Source: Eledone cirrhosa
Lineage: Eukaryota
Length of the DNA: 64,000 nt
Assembly (NCBI GenBank): GCA_964016885.1
Contig: OZ024740.1
Span: forward strand, 106,826,001 to 106,890,000
Direction of reading: 5' to 3'
Position 1 is the stretch's first letter. Each line of letters begins with the position of its first letter. Shown here in pieces: positions 1 through 13,704 of this stretch. The notes under the pieces were generated by a model. The model saw only the letters and a program-made list of their open reading frames with translations. It did no database searches and was not told the DNA's origin. Position numbers and translations under genes: made by a program.

Positions 1-68
1 GCAAGGGAGACTATATTGAAAAATAAACCTCATTTGGTCACATTCCATGAGAGTATCTTTGTCAACCC
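1..68 (+). mobile_element. Mariner transposase C-terminal remnant and part of 3' end
   Basis: Bases 3-26 read KGDYIEK*, the typical mariner terminal G(D/E)Y.E motif; cut off by the window start. Confidence 0.55.
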
Positions 69-1354
69 TGGTTGTTGGTGAAGCTGTGTTGTTGTTGATG
101 TTGTTGTCTCGCGAAGTGAGCGTATTCGGTGTTTAAATTCACAGTTAAAAAAAAAATTTTTTTCAGAAAAAATGAGTTGCGCAAAGTGCTAGAAATAGCA
201 GCCGAAGTTGATGGTCGATGTTGAGAATGCGTTGACCTGGAAGGGTCAAGAAGCCAGCGACCAAAGAAATAAGCATTCTGAATAAATGCGCAGTTTTCGA
301 CGGCAAATTTACGTGGTAAATTTTTAAACCGGCAAATAGGAGAATATAGCTTAAGGCTGAAGAATCCTTGGCGAGAAACGTTATCTCTGTGAGTCGAGAT
401 ATCTCTGTGAGTCGATAATTTGTGCTGCCTACACGTGCCAATACAAGGTTAAGTTAGGTTTAAAAAATAATATTTCTAACGCGCAAGAAAATGATAGTGC
501 AAGTGTGAAAGTGACAATGATGAAAAAGAAAGGCTTCACTTAGCATAATTATTGGTGTGAACTTTGGAGAAAAAAAAAAAAAAAAAAAACTTGAACGATG
601 AAGAAAACGATGAAAAAAAAAGGCAATGGTTCATCGAAAATAAATGTTCCTGTTGAAATGTTTCTAAAAAAAAAATATCAAATTTCTTTTTTTTTTTTTG
701 AAAGTGTTCGTTGTAAGAAACGAGAAATATATATATATCGTGAAATGCGACAGTTAGTTGATGCGTGAGAGAAAAAGTCTGTCTGCACGAAAGTTTCACA
801 TGTGCGTGGTGTGTTCGTTTCTTTGACTGAGTATTTTCATAGTTTGTCAATAAATTTGCTGTGTATTCGTAATGTTACTCACACAACACCAGATTCTGCT
901 ATTTTTTCTTTTTTCGGGGTAACCACTTATAACAATGAACGGCTGCGTGTTCGTATCATGTCAGGGTTACCAATGTAGCGGAAAACTGGGTTGTATGAAT
1001 TTAACAATGGTGACATGGTTTGTGTGTATAATATTTAATCAACAATTTAACAGTATAGTTGACATGTCAATGAATAAATGAAAGAATGAAACAAAGTTAG
1101 TAGTTACCGTTTTGATTGCCAGGCAAACGCGGGACGCCTGGCGAAGGCCAGGCGCCGGAAGGGCAAATGAGGGAGTGAGAACTTAAAGTTGTTAGTTTTA
1201 TACGGTTCTGACCGGAAGTTACAGAAAGGGTTCTACTTCCCGTCTAGATGTTGTTAATCTATTGGGGTTGTGAGTCACAACAAGGGAGGCAACTGCTATA
1301 GGTCTTTTGCCGTCACTTCTGGACAACCCAGATGGTTCTAAGATTGATACTATC

Positions 1355-1705
1355 GGTATATTTATTAGTTATATATTAAATAACGTTGCAAATGGGAGTG
1401 AAAATATAAACACATGATATATACAAAGCATATAAATAAATTTACAGTAGAATAACATAACAAATATGTTTTAAATATATACATAAATAACATTACAAAT
1501 TGCTCGCGATTCTTTCAGAAGGATATATTCCTTTAATGTTGCAATATTAAAGAAACTATAAAAGAAGGGGTCGACAACCGAGCACCACCAGAGCAAAAGA
1601 CAGCAACGTCCCGAGGAGTACTGGGCAACCTCTCTAATGATTTTTTAGACAAGCCAGCACACTCGCAGCGTTGCCTCGGGCGATGGCCAGGCTGATATTA
1701 TGATT
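1355..1705 (-). mobile_element. 3' end of CRE-clade non-LTR retrotransposon
   Basis: ORF 1634..1876 ends ISLAIARGNAASVLAC, matching the CRE C-terminal ISxAIQRGNAxxV motif; AT-rich putative 3' UTR follows. Confidence 0.6.
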
Positions 1706-2130
1706 AAATGGGGGCCCAGGTGCTGGCCGCCCGCGGACCTTTCTGACAGAATAGAGGTGTTTCCTCGGAGGATGGAGGAACCATTCCAGCTTGCGATGTG
1801 GTGAAATTATTTCACTAACCCCATTCGTCCTTGATATAATATTACGTAAAATTTTGTATTTTCCATCTTTCACCACACTGTTTGGTTTGATTTTGCGAAT
1901 CTATGAGTACATTATCAGATGTTTCACTCCCATTAAACTGCTCGGGTGTGATCTGAGGAAGATTTGGCTGTTATTTCTAAAAGATCGAATGATGGTGGTG
2001 AAAGGTATATGATGATTTCCTTCGAATGAAACAGTTCTAGTCCTGTAGAAGCCATTTCTATATTAAATATTTATATTCTGCTATGTATTGAATACCTTAC
2101 TTACTGTGGTTACCCCCAATTGAACCCGGG

Positions 2131-2133
<3 letters not shown>

Positions 2134-2225
<92 letters not shown>

Positions 2226-2230
2226 GTGTT

Positions 2231-2261
<31 letters not shown>

Positions 2262-2262
2262 A
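2134..2262. repeat. (CA)n/(TA)n/(TG)n microsatellite
   Basis: Direct reading. Confidence 0.95.
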
Positions 2263-2424
2263 CTGAAAATAATTGAAGTCAGATTTGCAGCTTGTGTAGA
2301 AACTTTACTTCCATATTGTAATTGTTTGAATGTCGATCAGCTCGGATGTGATCAAAGCAATCGAAGCACGACTCTTCATCGACAATTCCTCAGATATATG
2401 AGTTTACATGCGTGTATATATATA

Positions 2425-2686
2425 TAAAGTCAGCTCAAAAGTGACACAGAGGAGACTGAGGTTAGCTGGACATGCTCACCGACATCCACAGTTGACATTG
2501 CACTCAGTGCTCCTGTGGGAGCCCCTACATGGACACACTAGAAGAGGAAGACCAAGGTTAACGTATGTTGATGCCCTAAGGACAGACACTGGTCTGTTGG
2601 AGACGCAGGACATGGCAGCGATAATGAGGGACAGAGACCGCTGGAGAGAACTTGTCCATGGATTTCGTGAATTTTACCCGCCTTAG
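2425..2686 (+). mobile_element. RTE/RTE-X LINE 3' fragment
   Basis: RRLRLAGHAHRH...LLWEPLHGHTRRGRPRLTYVD...DRDRWRELV, typical RTE-X C-terminus; flanked by (TA)n. Confidence 0.75.
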
Positions 2687-2821
2687 AGATATATATATAT
2701 ATAAGTACGTGTGGGTGTTAGCGAAGCAGTTGAATCCGATACTATAACAACTCTGCCAATTTGCCGCTTTGCCAGCTATATACTTATTATACAGATCATT
2801 ATATAGATACATATATTGAAA

Positions 2822-3172
2822 ATTGAAGATGTTTGGCCTATTGTGGCCCCTTGGGACAACATCAATAACCTCATATCCATGAAAGATGCGACCCCTCCTC
2901 ATTTTACACGCACTCTCCGTGAGTGGCTTGCTGTCCAATTTCCAGCATATTGGTGAGGTCATCGAGATCCACATGAATCTCCAGCAAGAAGCCCTAATTT
3001 AACGCCATGCAATTTTTTCCAGTGGGGGTGGGTGATGGAAGAAGTTTATAGCTCAAAACCAAAATCTCTGACTCAATTGAAGGAACGCATTAGTTATTTA
3101 CTGACCAATATACTGCCGGAGTTCCTAATGAAGTCAGTCGAGAATATAACCAGACGATTACAAACACTTTAA
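2822..3172 (+). pseudogene. Tc1/mariner rosa-type (DD41D) transposase fragment
   Basis: Manual translation MKDATPPHF..REWL..QFP.YW*G.RDP.E.PARSPNLTPCNFFQWGWV.EEVY..KPK.L..LKERI; 41 residues between the second and third catalytic positions; one in-frame stop. Confidence 0.75.
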
Positions 3173-3179
3173 ATAGAGA

Positions 3180-3800
3180 GTTTCTTTCCAAGAAGTCTGT
3201 GTGAACGATGTCCCTCACATCGAAGAACACGATCAACGTAAGTTTGAAATTGGACTCTGACTGCCTTGCTTTCTTCAGCCTCAGCGACTCCGGATTTATC
3301 CACTGAAGGCTCCGGCGCTTGGTCGCCGAGTCATTTTTGAAGACCCATGACTCCGCACTGGTGATGACTCCCTCCAGTAAGTCTTGACCCACCTGAATGA
3401 GCTGCTCCTTCTGGTCATATTTGAGCAGGTTCGCCACTATCTTTGCGCAAATATTCCGCTTGCCCAAATCTTTGGTGATAATCTCCCAAACGCTGTTGCG
3501 GTTCATTCCCACCTCACTTGCGATCGGTCGAACAGATAGCCGACGATCTACACACACCACATGCCTCATGCACTTAACGTTCTCCTCGGTCATACTCGTT
3601 GACGGTATCTCGCTCCTGGGGTCATTTTCCACGTCTTCGCATCCTTGTTTGAACCGTTTGTGCCACTCGAAAACCTGTGAGCGCGACATCGTCTCATTTC
3701 TGTACATTTGATGTAGTATTCCAAGTGCTTCTGACGGAGTTTTCCCCATTTGGACCAGATACTTCAGGTTGGTACGTTGATCGGTGCCATCAACTACCTA
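3180..3800 (-). pseudogene. Mariner transposase N-terminal half (HTH plus first catalytic region), 3'-truncated
   Basis: QRTNLKYLVQMGKTPSEA...MSRSQVFEWHKRFK.G.EDVENDPRS; ITSAESWVF..D.ATKRRS.QW (degenerate ITGDESW). Confidence 0.88.
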
Positions 3801-3884
3801 ACATTGAGGAACTGTTAACAAAAGCACGTGAAAAAACAATGTCTACAGAGCCGAGTAGTAGTAGTAATAGTAGTAGTGGTAGTA

Positions 3885-3922
<38 letters not shown>

Positions 3923-4059
3923 GTTATATAGTAAGGTGCATTATTGGTTGTGTAAAATGGTCCAATAACTTTATATTAGCAATATTAAGTTCTCCACGCT
4001 TTTGTATATCTCCAATTCCATTCAAGGGAACAGCTAGATGATGTAAAACGGAGTATAAG

Positions 4060-4550
<491 letters not shown>

Positions 4551-4799
4551 GAAACGTTAAGACCCTCTTCCTGCTAATTCAAGCGTTAACCTAATATATT
4601 CCTTCCATACACTCTACCGATTGTATGTGAGTGTGTCTGTGTGTGAATCTGTGCCAGTGTATCTAACTGTGTATCTCTCTCTATGTGTATACATTTTTGT
4701 GTTTGCTGACAAGTGTGAGATTAGTTAATATCTGAAACCTCTTAATAATCGTACTTAAGACTATTCAACAGAATTCGTAATATAATCGGCTTGTCTCCC

Positions 4800-6310
4800 C
4801 ACAGAATGGAGAGTAGGGAGGTAGCCCTAGGGCCGAGGACACCAGAAGTCTCCACTGCCAAGGGTACAACCGCAAAGCTGTCGGAGAGCAACCGGTATTT
4901 AAGGAGTTTGGCCTCCCCAGCTCGACGTGCAGCAGAACCTTGGTTAGTCGCAGACTGCACCAGGTTGCGGCTGCAGAAAGTGTCGGTTCACGTGGCATCC
5001 CAGACGAGGGGTTTGCCACCGCGGAACGGGAAGATGGTCATGCCATCTGGCCTTTTGCCGTCCCCTCGGTCCAGCCCCACCGACTCGAAATGGGAAGGGA
5101 AGCCTGCAGCGTCCAAGCGCTGTTTTATGACCTCGTTTAGGGCAGCATAGCGTGGAAGGCGCCAACACTGTGGTGACAGGAAAGCGGGTGGAGGCCGAAA
5201 GAGTCCACGGGGGATCCACAGCGACATTGGTGTGACTCGCAGATCCGGAGGCCGAGACTCAAGGAAATGCCGATGCGCAGGCTATTGTTGTCTAGCTGCA
5301 TACCAGTGGAGAAGGAGCAGGGCATGGAGCCAGACACCACTATGGGGTTTGGAGGCCGCACGAAAACAGGCAAGGCGGTGCTGGTCGAGCTGGCGCGTGA
5401 ACCTGTCTGAAGCCAGGTTGCACTGGATGACATCCCAAGTGCTTTGGGGGGACTTGACGTCAGCAAGGGGAGAAGGAGGAGGGACGTCTACTGGGCTAGT
5501 CCCAGCCGGTCCCACGTCTCACAGGCGGTCTCACGTTCTCCGAACACAGAGGGTTCTATTGTGTTTTGAAAAACCCTGCTGACGAGGACGCAGCATGAGG
5601 TTACCGACGAAAGAAACGCCGGCAAAGCCAGTGAGATCGGGGACCGGAGGCCAAGGCCGCCATACCTGACAGGTAAAGCGGCCTGTTGCCATCCAATGTG
5701 GCCAAACTTGACGTTGCATATCTTCTCGGCTGCTACTGGGATAAAAGTATCGAGGTTAGTGAGGAGAGATGCGTGGGTGTAGCACGGAGTGCTGCGAAGG
5801 GTATAGAAAAGCTTCGGCATGGCGAAGTAGTTCCTCAACAGAAAGAGAGCTGGGTGGCCGTCGATCAAGCCCAGTCGGCCCGTGAGAGTCTGCAGTTGTT
5901 GAAGCCTGGACCTGATGGTGGAGCGGGTGGCCGGCGGGTGGATCGGTGATTCGAGGATGAGGACATCCTCTTTGGGGGTCACCTGTACCTGGTGGAGAAT
6001 GGACCGCACGTCCGAGACGGAGGCTGCAAAGCTCTCAGTATCGTGGCTGATATTCACCACCTCCGACTTGGCCGAGTTGACTTGGAGGCCGATTCCCGCC
6101 AGGGCAGGAACAACCGATTGTAGGTCATAGCAGACAGTCTGTACGGGCCTACCCAACGTAGCATCATCCAGATACCAAACGTTGAGAGGGGCCATGATAC
6201 TCCAGGCGATGTGGTCTATACCAAGGGCAAACAGGCGGTGTCCCAAAGGGTCGCCCTGTTGGACTCCAGTGGCAGAAGGTATGACCGTATCAGCAGCAAG
6301 GAGCCGATTG
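4800..6310 (-). mobile_element. CRE-clade non-LTR retrotransposon fragment (RT plus RLE), frameshifted
   Basis: GVQQGDPLG, WYLDD, LPVRYGGLG, CRCG..VD..GLH.LSC, RPDGMTIFPFRGGKPLVWDAT, K..KY, PLAVETSGVLG. Confidence 0.9.
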
Positions 6311-6360
6311 TGTTGTTATTTCTGTTTACCTTTTACACACACTAACACACACAGACACAG

Positions 6361-6432
<72 letters not shown>

Positions 6433-7499
6433 AGTTATACTATTTATGGTTATGTAAATACAAAACCTTATGCAGTTATAAGTATTTTTTATATACACCC
6501 TAAATAGTGGTAGGCAGTAATGTATTACTACCTTATTACCAGTAAGTTAAGTAGCTCAATGTAAAAACATCAGATGATTTACAGAGCAGTTATATGAAAT
6601 ATAAGAATCAAAGAACTGTTCAAAGCATTATTGTGCTTACAGCTGTTTCCTCCAAACCGAGGTTTGGATTCTTCGGAGCAATTTATTAATGCATGGACAG
6701 TTATATGACCTCCTTTTCAGCCAAGAGACAAACCGATACATATGCAAATATTGTGGGTCAACATTCATTACAGAATTTAGAGTGGCAGTACACACTTCGA
6801 GATTACATTCATATTAAGAAGTACAATCAAAAATCAAAAATACAGGTTAAAATACAACATGAAGATAAGCGGTTATATAGTGCAAATGTTATATGTGTGG
6901 CAAGCATGTGCGTCTTGTTTATATAGTGTGGCAGAGAGATATTTGTGGTAGAAGCACTTAGGTAGGTAAACAAGAGTGTTAGGTTGGTAGATCTGGTGGC
7001 AAATTCTTTATATGATTGATATAGCCTGTGTGTGGAGAAATGTTATAAGCATTAAAAATAGCGCAGTGAGTGAATGCATTGCAACTGGCGTGCGGGTTGT
7101 ACATATATGGATGATCTGGCGGTCAGAGAGAGTTCGTGAGGACTGCGGATTGACCTCTGGCCGGCCTGGAGATGATTATCTTTCGACATCCAATGTAGCA
7201 AGCGATGACCCAGAACTTACCAGAGATCATTGGGTCCTGAAGCAATCCTGCAATCACCGCGCCTGGTCCTATGAGTAGACTACAACCACAGAGATCATTA
7301 ATTTAGAATCCTCGCTCATCATCTATAATATCCATTTGTGGCACCTTACGATGGGGGTTAATCCACCATAATAATATGAACACCTTCAGCATAACTTAAT
7401 TAAACTACTCTATAGTTAATACACTTTATGCTTTAAAAATTTTTTGGAGGATGCGCATCACCATAGAAATTAGGGTCTACATTGTGACACATTTTAATA

Positions 7500-7780
7500 G
7501 CTAGGTATAGAAACCCCGGAGTTACCTCCCCGCATGCATTAACTCCCCTTAGCCACACACACACTTCCGGCTGGTATTCAATGTCGTTTCTCGAAACGTA
7601 ACAGCCTCCTGTATTGAACTAAAGAACACCAGACTACGATTCTCTAACTGGATTGTCAAACGCTCAATATCGAATTGTCGTGGATTATGTGAGGGGCATA
7701 TAATCGAAAAATACACTCCCCTGACCATGAAAATGTCGAAGTACATGAAATACTTGGCATCCCTTCGCTGTGCATCTCCA
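7500..7780 (-). pseudogene. Possible Helitron Rep-helicase remnant
   Basis: DAKY...IERLTIQLENRSLVFF...RETTL loosely resembles the Helitron V.RL.IHLEN.Q.V.F...R.TTL segment. Confidence 0.25.
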
Positions 7781-8188
7781 ATACTTTTAACACTTTTAAT
7801 GCTTGCACTATTTTTAATGCTTATAACATTTCTCCACACACAGACTATATCAATCATATAAAGAATTTGCCACCAGATCTACCAACCTAACACTCTTGTT
7901 TACCTACCTAAGTGCCTCTACCACAAATATCTCTCTGCCACACTATATAAACAAGACGCACATGCTTGCCACACATATAACATTTGCACTATATAACCGC
8001 TTATCTTCATGTTGTATTTTAACCTGTATTTTTGATTTTTGATTGTACTTCTTAATATGAATGTAATCTCGAAGTGTGTACTGCCACTCTAAATTCTGTA
8101 ATGAATGTTGACCCACAATATTTGCATATGTATCGGTATGTCTCTTGGCTGAAAAGGAGGTCATATAACTGTCCATGCATTAATAAAT

Positions 8189-8235
8189 TGCTCCGAAGAA
8201 TCCAAACCTCGGTTTGGAGGAAACAGCTGTAAGCA
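8189..8235 (+). ncRNA. Type I hammerhead ribozyme motif (mirror 6634-6680 minus)
   Basis: tgct-CCGAAGA-a-tccaaacc tc ggtttgga-g-GAAAC-agct-GTA-agca. Confidence 0.7.
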
Positions 8236-8266
8236 CAATAATGCTTTGAACAGTTCTTTGATTCTT

Positions 8267-9138
<872 letters not shown>

Positions 9139-9147
9139 CACGTATAT

Positions 9148-9178
<31 letters not shown>

Positions 9179-9242
9179 TGAATTAAAAACTCACATTAGT
9201 CCCTTGTAATCAACGTGGCTCAAGGAAAAAAATGTCGAGCCT

Positions 9243-9490
9243 TATAATTCAATAAAGAGAGACAAACACAGATATATACATATATACGTTCAAATCACAA
9301 GGGACAAAAACTGCCAGGCTGGAGCAAATATACTGACTAAAGATAGTACGGTTCACAAGACTCAATTAAAAGGATAAATGACCGTGTCATCCGTATTATC
9401 TTTAGTCAGTATTTGCTTCAACATGGCGGTTTCTGTACCTTGTGATTTGAACGCATTTATGTATATATCTGTGTTTGTCTCTCTTTATTG

Positions 9491-9497
<7 letters not shown>
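9243..9497. repeat. Imperfect inverted repeat, ~108-bp arms (MITE or fold-back)
   Basis: tataattcaataaagagagacaaacacag... mirrored by ...ctgtgtttgtctctctttattgaattata. Confidence 0.65.
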
Positions 9498-9589
<92 letters not shown>

Positions 9590-9618
9590 CATACATATAC
9601 ATACATATATATATATAC

Positions 9619-9668
<50 letters not shown>

Positions 9669-9672
<4 letters not shown>

Positions 9673-9792
9673 CGAAGGTACTGTGGTAAGGAACCAGGTG
9701 GACCATAACGCACTAGAGTACTCAATACTTAGTGTAGTAGAGTGGGTAATAGGAAAATTTTAACCCCGACGGCAGAGCTCACGCCGTTTCGA
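9669..9792 (-). mobile_element. Fragment of the pLTR family seen at 30678-31620
   Basis: Shares ggtaaggaaccaggtggaccataacgca...ccccgacggcagagctca.gccgtttcga; abuts (TA)n. Confidence 0.7.
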
Positions 9793-10040
9793 TATTTTTG
9801 CATACACAATAACAAAATATAAACAAACGTATTTATTTCACGAGGCTCGATAAGGATAAATATATATCAAATATATAAGAACCCTAGAGCAGGGGGTTTT
9901 ACATAAAAATCATTAATAAAATCATTATATAAAAATCATTAATAAATAACAATAAACTATATATAATAAAATAACAATTAAAATCCCCAATAGGGGGGAA
10001 CGTTACTGCAGGGTTGTTTTACACCCCGTGCATAGAACAA

Positions 10041-10068
10041 CCCGTGCAACGCCGGGCCATTCTGCTAG
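10041..10068 (+). mobile_element. Helitron-like 3' terminus
   Basis: GC-rich hairpin cccg-tgcaacgc-cggg followed ~8 nt later by CTAG|T. Confidence 0.55.
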
Positions 10069-10410
10069 TAAATACATAAATATTTTATCTATCTATCTGG
10101 ATGTTTACACTCCTAGCACTCCTAAACAATTTAAGAAGAGTTTATGGCGCTATTCCGTATATATTGGCTTTATTTCGTGTCTGCTTAGCTTCCATTCGTA
10201 TTAGTGAAGGTTAGGGATGGATTGGAGACAGTATGGACTGGATACTTACAGGAGACACTCAATTACCTACTTCAAACATTTAACACAAATAACACTATAA
10301 CCTAATCTAAAGAAGATAAGCATGGACACATTTTAAAATGTAGAGTAGAATGTGATGCCTCTTCAAGGGAGGTGACTATGTAGTGTATTCTGGGATAGCA
10401 TCTGTCGTAG

Positions 10411-11548
10411 GATAGATATCTTTCTTTATTTGCCACAGGGGCGTACAAAAATGGGACATTACAAGACGTGACGGCGGGGGTTTTACATAAAAATCATTGA
10501 TAAAATCATTATATAAAAATCATTAATAAATAACAATAAACTATATATAATAAAATAACAATTAAAATCCCCAATAGGGGGGAACGTTACTGCAGGGTTG
10601 TTTTACACCCCGTGCATAGAACAACCATCAACACCAGGAACACGTTTTGTAGGTGTTCCCGTCTTCCCTCTGTTTATCTTCCTCAACCTACAGGTTTATA
10701 TACAGAGAAGGCCCATTCACTCGGGCCATTTTCGCCACATTCACCCACCTTTCAGCTAATTTACTGGGGTGTAGCACCTCTCTCCACTCTCACCTTCCTT
10801 CTGAAGTGGTACTTAAAGAAGGGGATAAGTTGTTGTCCGGAGAGAAAGGTGTTTGCTCTCAGTCCTTTTAACCTCGTCCACCATATTACCTCTTTCGCCA
10901 TAGCCACCAGACAGAGGAAAACCGCCTCTCCTTCATTCTTAACTGAAGACGGCGGGTTGATCCTCACGATGGACTCGGCTGATAACTGGATGCGTCCCAC
11001 ACGTGACAGCAACTGTTCGACATAATTCCACAGGTCGGTCACCCCTGGGCACTGAACAATTGCGTGCAGAACGGTTTCGCTGTCCTCCTCGCATCTTGGA
11101 AAGGTCCCTTTCGTAGGATCTCTGCCAGAGTGTCCATGCCTGTAGATTTTGTCTCGAACTGGTAGAGATGCTCGGTAGCACTGCCAGGCCAGAGACCTCT
11201 GGAAGTTATCCATAGGCCCTGGACGGAAAGTCCTCCCGAACAGACTGGTCAGTTCGTCCTCCTCGATGCCTAGCGTTTCCCCGAGAACATCGTCGCACTT
11301 ATCCTCCACTAATCCCCTATAGAATGTCGAAGTGGAGTCTCCGCTGATTGCCGTTTCCGCTTGGTAGAGGGCTGTGAACGCCTGAAGGCACTCGAGATGC
11401 CAAGCACCCATTTTCGGTCTTCGCTTGACCCAGGACTGCAGCTCTGTTAGTGAGACGAGTTGTGGAAGAACTTGTCTCACAAACGACAGCCACACCGGTT
11501 CACCGGTCAGGAATACCTGGAGATGGCGTAGCCTCAGCGCGTGTTTGA
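10411..11548 (-). mobile_element. Tx1/L1-clade LINE, 5'-truncated 3' fragment
   Basis: FQRSLAWQCYR.SLPVRDK, degenerate CCHC (PRC...ETVLHAIVQC), AKEVIWWTR; homologous to 35395-36440. Confidence 0.85.
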
Positions 11549-11559
11549 GAGATAACGAT

Positions 11560-11690
11560 GTGAGTGAACTGGTGGAACAACATAAAATAAAGTGTCTTGC
11601 TCAATGACACAACGCATCCCCCGATCTGGGATTCGAACTCACAACTTCACGATTGTGAATCCAGCTTTCTAGCCACTAATCCACCTATCT
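11560..11690 (-). mobile_element. tRNA-derived SINE
   Basis: Minus strand A-box-like tagtggctagaaagc and B box gagttcgaatccc, followed by ttgagcaagacacttta. Confidence 0.7.
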
Positions 11691-11709
11691 TCACTGATAT
11701 AATGTAGAA

Positions 11710-12040
11710 AGTAATAATTGTTTCTACTTTTGGCACAAGGCCAGCAATTATCTCAGTATGTTACTGATACTTTATTTTATCGACCCCGTAAGGCAAAGAA
11801 GTTATATATCAAATATATAGGCAAAGTTAACCTCAGCGGGATTTGAACTCAGACCATAAAGGGCCGTAACTCTTTGCTGCAAAGCATGGCGTCCGACCCT
11901 CTACCGATACTGCCAATCCACCGTCCTTTTAGAAAGTAATAATTGTTTCTAATTTTTGGCACAAGGCCAGCAAATACCCAGTACATTACTGGTACTTTAT
12001 TTTATCGACCCCGTAAGGATGAAAGGCAAAGTTAACCTCT
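11710..12040 (-). mobile_element. Nin/Deu-domain tRNA SINE, one full and one partial copy
   Basis: B box gagttcaaatcccg; core ctttcatccttacggggtcgataaaataaagtaccag; tail ggccttgtgccaaaa.tagaaacaattatt. Confidence 0.75.
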
Positions 12041-12749
12041 GTAGAAAGTAATAATGCCTGTTGAAGGGAGGTAACAATGTAGTGTAGTATAGACAGGGAT
12101 AATGTCTATTTAAGGAAGGCAACTTATGGATTGTAGATAAGTATAATGATTGTCCAAGGGAGATAACAATCTATAATGCTTGCCTAAGGGAAATAACTAA
12201 CAGGTGTGTTTTAGGTTTGTATCCTAAGACGAAATAGGCTGCAACCTAAGACGTTATAGGTTTATGTTATATACCGTATATACTCGAATATGTCGACCCT
12301 CCTATTTTATATCTGAGAAATGGGCAAAAATCTAAACCCAGTTTATAAGCCGAGACAGTTAATCAACATATGTTTAGATGGCGTGGTTTTGAAATGTTCA
12401 TGAGTATATTTATGAAGTTTAGATGTTTAAAATGTTTAAGTAACATTTCGAGTATAGCTTTTGTTTCACAACTCCATTACGTAATGAGTTCCCTATGTTC
12501 ATTTTATTACTTTCGGCCACTCACAAGCTAGAAGTAGTTGAAGGCAAAAAGATCAAAAAAGAGAACTTTATGTAGGGATTGAATAGTAGAAGAGGGGAGG
12601 AGAGGCAGCAAATGAGAGAGAGGGGAAACAGAGTGAGAAAAAGAGAGAGTGAGAACGAGAAGGGAGAGAGAGAGAGAGAGCGAGTGAGAGCAATACAATC
12701 AAATCAGTAATAAGATTGAAAGAAAAAAATATTGTCAGAGAAATACATA

Positions 12750-13030
12750 AAAATAATAATATAATAATGAAATTATTGTGTACAGTGCTCAGGTGCACTA
12801 CAACTCATCAAAGGTGCATGTATAGTACATAGAATAATGTACAAATGTCAGGAAAGTGAACAGTGTATGAGTCATGATATACATGTGTGCGTGTGTATGG
12901 AGTGGGGATATCAGGTGTAGTGTTGGCGAATTTCAGGAAGCATGGAGGTTTTAAAGGAGGCAGTGTCTCGACAGCTAACATTTGATGCAGGTAGTTTGTT
13001 CCATACTTCAGCAACTCTGAGCGTGAAATG
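12750..13030 (-). mobile_element. CR1/L2-group LINE 3' end
   Basis: FTLRVAEVWNKLPASNVSC....SFK, typical CR1 terminal motif; (ATT)n-like tail. Confidence 0.75.
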
Positions 13031-13320
13031 CGTATGTACATGCGTGTATATGTATATGTGTGTGTGCATGTGTGCACGCCTGTATGTGTATATGTGCGTG
13101 TGCATGTGTAAATGCGTGTATGTGTGTTTGTGTGTGTGCATGTGTGCATGCGTGTATGTGTGTATGTGTGTGTGTGTGCATGTGTGCATGCGTGTATGTG
13201 TGTGTGCATGTGTGCATGCGTGTATGTGTGTATGGGTGTGTGCATGTGTGCATGCGTGTATATGTGTATGCGCGTGTGTATGTGTGTGTGTGCGAGTGTG
13301 TATGTGTATGTGTATGGAAT
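13030..13320. repeat. Degenerate (TG/TGCA/TATG)n low-complexity tract
   Basis: Direct reading. Confidence 0.9.
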
Positions 13321-13704
13321 ATTTATGTATTAAAAAGTTCAAATTATAAAAATTTGTTGGAAATATTTTCAAAGGAACACATAAATAATACCAACGGAGG
13401 TGTAGTAAATGTAGTAAAACTGTGTTTCATTGTAAAATAATCACTCCAGATATTTTAGCGCCTTATTTACGAAGAATTTGAAGTTGTTGGAAATCATCAA
13501 AATATTGACCCCAAATATAATCTCATCCCTCCCCACGGTTTTACAATCGATTTTTTAATCACATATTCCTCGGCATATATTCTGTTAAATATGTATATTA
13601 TATTAATAATACATATATGCATTAATGTGTGTGTGTGTATGTATGTATGTATGTATGTATGTATGTATGTATGTATGTATGTATGTATGTATGTATGAAT
13701 GTAT

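Larger units (their letters stand above)
12272..13592. mobile_element. Possible Tc2/pogo-like non-autonomous DNA transposon
   Basis: Left end TA-ccgtatatactcgaatatgtcga...ataagccgag; degenerate mirror ctcggcatatattctgttaaatatg-TA. Confidence 0.35.

Noticed and set aside
69-1340. CpG-containing region with a 19-bp doublet, possibly a promoter or element 5' end
   Set aside because: No diagnostic motif, terminus or ORF to support a call
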